Source: a virus (Duplodnaviria; Caudoviricetes). Taken from it: DNA of 64,000 bases. Under the pieces are notes generated by a model. It had not been told where the DNA came from and did no database searches. It saw only the letters and a list, made by a program, of their open reading frames with translations. Position 1 is the stretch's first letter. Each line of letters starts with the position of its first letter. The stretch lies in the IMG/VR virus record IMGVR_UViG_3300037471_000808, positions 5,563 to 69,562 of that record; one strand, 5' to 3'. Below, piece by piece: positions 62,300 to 64,000 of the stretch. The translations under genes were made by a program, and so were the position numbers.

Positions 62300-63538
62300 T
62301 TACGGCGTCACCGCCGCGCCGAAGCGGTCCAGGAACATGGTCGCGCGCAGCGCGGCATTGGCGTTGGCCTTGTCCGCGTAGGCGGTGAACTCGAAGCTGG
62401 CCATCAGGTCGGTGTTGCGGCCACCGGCGTTGACGCTGGCCTTGGTCAGCATCACGCGCGGCAGCGAGATCACGTAGCCGTTGCCCAGCGAATCCTTGGT
62501 GGTCAGGCAGATCGACGTGTAGACGTCGTTCGCGTACTTGTCGAACAGCGCGCCGTTGGCGAAGTACACCTCCAGGGTGCCGGTCACGGCGAAGGTGCCG
62601 ATGCCCACGCCCACCAGGCCCAGCACGCCAAGGCCGTCCTGCGCGCGCAGGCCCGAGTCAATGTCGAACTTCATCGACTTGATCGTGGTGCCGGCCAGCG
62701 GCGCGCCGTTCTCCCAGATGTTGGCCACGCCGGTGACGCCGTTCTGGATGTCGTAGGTCTGCGACGCGGCGGTGGTGCCCGGCAGCGTGGTCGCGCCGCC
62801 CTTGATCATGTCCTTGCCGAGCGTGGTGAAGGTCACGTCGGTGATCGACTTGCTGGCGAACTGGGTCGAGAACTTCGACACGTACAGGCCGCGGTAGGCC
62901 ATGTACTGGCCGATCTCGCTGATCTGACGCTCGATCGTGAACGACTGCATCGTCACGCCGTTCTTCAGGCGCGAGGTCGACAGCGAGCTGCCGGCCACCG
63001 CGGTGGCGGCGGTCAGCGGCGTGTTGACGTCGCAGGTGACGGTGGTCGGGGTCGGCGCCACGGTCAGCGACACGCGCGCCAGCTTGCCGTCGTTCGGGTC
63101 GCCCGGCATGTTGACCTTGAACCACTGGCCCGGGGCCAGCGTGGTGAACGCGTTGGCGTTGATCGGTGCGGCGCCGGCGGTGATCACCGACGCCACCGTG
63201 CCGAGCGTGCCGGCGGTGACGCTGGCCGAGAAGGTCGAGCCGACGCCGTTGGTACCGTAGGCCGACCAGGCGCTGCGCATCAGGCCGGCGAACAGGCGGT
63301 CGTACTCGGCGTACTGCATGTGGCCCTTGATGTCGCCGTCAGCCTGGGCACCGGTGGTGGTCGACGAGGTGTTCTCGGCGTTGGCGTTGAGCTCCTTGTC
63401 AGTCTCCTTGGTCAGGTTGAACTGCAGGGTCTCACCGGTGGTGCGCAGGTTGTAGCCGTTGCCGGTGGTCGGCGTCACGCCGAACGTGGCTTCGGGGATG
63501 TAGGCAAGCTGTACGCGGTCGGCTGATGGCAGCGGCAT
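62300..63538 (-). CDS. major tail tube protein
   Basis: LAYIPE.TFG.TP...LRTTGE.L...ADGDI...VTGTLEVYF; internal Ig-like insert; strong codon bias. Confidence 0.9.
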   Translation of the reverse strand: MPLPSADRVQLAYIPEATFGVTPTTGNGYNLRTTGETLQFNLTKETDKELNANAENTSSTTTGAQADGDIKGHMQYAEYDRLFAGLMRSAWSAYGTNGVGSTFSASVTAGTLGTVASVITAGAAPINANAFTTLAPGQWFKVNMPGDPNDGKLARVSLTVAPTPTTVTCDVNTPLTAATAVAGSSLSTSRLKNGVTMQSFTIERQISEIGQYMAYRGLYVSKFSTQFASKSITDVTFTTLGKDMIKGGATTLPGTTAASQTYDIQNGVTGVANIWENGAPLAGTTIKSMKFDIDSGLRAQDGLGVLGLVGVGIGTFAVTGTLEVYFANGALFDKYANDVYTSICLTTKDSLGNGYVISLPRVMLTKASVNAGGRNTDLMASFEFTAYADKANANAALRATMFLDRFGAAVTP

Positions 63539-63614
63539 AGTAGTGCTCCAAGGTAAAATTTCCGCCAGTCTACCTTGGCTGTTCCGTCACGTGTTGCAAA
63601 GTTTGCTGTATAAC

Positions 63615-63631
63615 AGCAATTTTCATGCCAG
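63615..63631 (-). promoter_or_regulatory. sigma54 -24/-12 motif upstream of the tail tube gene
   Basis: CTGGCATGAAAATTGCT. Confidence 0.7.
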
Positions 63632-63636
63632 GCGCG

Positions 63637-64000
63637 TCAGGTGTAGCGCACGAACCAGAAGTCAAACCAGACCGGTGCATACCATTTGCCGTTGCGCCGG
63701 ATCGGGCGCACCCGCTGGCCGGCGTGGAAGGTGACGATGCCGCGCGTCTTGCAGTCGAAGTAGGGCAGCACGAAGTCGAGCAGGTGGCCGGCGCCCGCGC
63801 TGCCGGCACCTTCCTTGACCACCGCGTACAGGCACAGCTGGCCGACCTGCTTGACCATCGGGCGGGTGCCCAGGTCCATCTGGCCGCCGCCAGGCAGATA
63901 GTCGATCTCGACCTGCAGGTAGGGATTGTCCTGCGTCGCCTCGTCAACCACCTGGCGATTGTCCGACTCGACCACCAGCGGATAGTCGGAAAAATCCGCC
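63637..64000 (-). CDS. probable tail terminator protein, 5' end outside the window
   Basis: Frame open to the window edge; position directly before the tail tube gene. Confidence 0.7.
   Translation of the reverse strand, partial: ADFSDYPLVVESDNRQVVDEATQDNPYLQVEIDYLPGGGQMDLGTRPMVKQVGQLCLYAVVKEGAGSAGAGHLLDFVLPYFDCKTRGIVTFHAGQRVRPIRRNGKWYAPVWFDFWFVRYT

Noticed and set aside
1-64000. tRNA/rRNA genes, integrase, att sites, IS elements
   Set aside because: None recognised by eye, and gaps are mostly under 100 bp. A tRNAscan or Infernal run would be needed to exclude small RNAs.

Overview
This is a 64-kb slice of a high-GC (about 65-68% by eye) tailed dsDNA phage genome with siphovirus-type tail genes. 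The host is probably a Gram-negative proteobacterium, inferred from the spanins, RdgC and sigma54-type sites. No capsid, terminase, integrase, tRNA or CRISPR array was seen in the window. Layout: (1) 1-14266 (+): about 40 tightly coupled small early/accessory genes, including an HNH nuclease, acidic proteins, a PAPS-reductase-like protein, a HIRAN protein, a cupin and a J-domain protein. (2) 14263-17508 (-): an isolated, inverted five-gene fibre-like cassette. (3) 17701-41363 (+): replication, recombination and nucleotide metabolism (RdgC, C5 methyltransferase, SF2 helicase, primase-helicase, exonuclease, NTP-PPase, dNMP kinase, TraR, Pol I-like polymerase, ligase, ThyA, resolvase, Mre11/Rad50). 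(4) 41490-42671 (+): a stand-alone lipoprotein gene. (5) 42675-64000 (-): lysis and tail genes. Main observations: six sigma54 (-24/-12)-type promoter motifs, all at gene boundaries, three of them in front of late units, with no recognisable enhancer-binding activator in the window; a two-subunit cytosine methyltransferase encoded in two overlapping frames; a 14-bp hairpin burying the tape-measure ribosome-binding site; and several genes bracketed by duplicated RBS/start junctions. All family assignments come from motifs recognised by eye, not from database searches.
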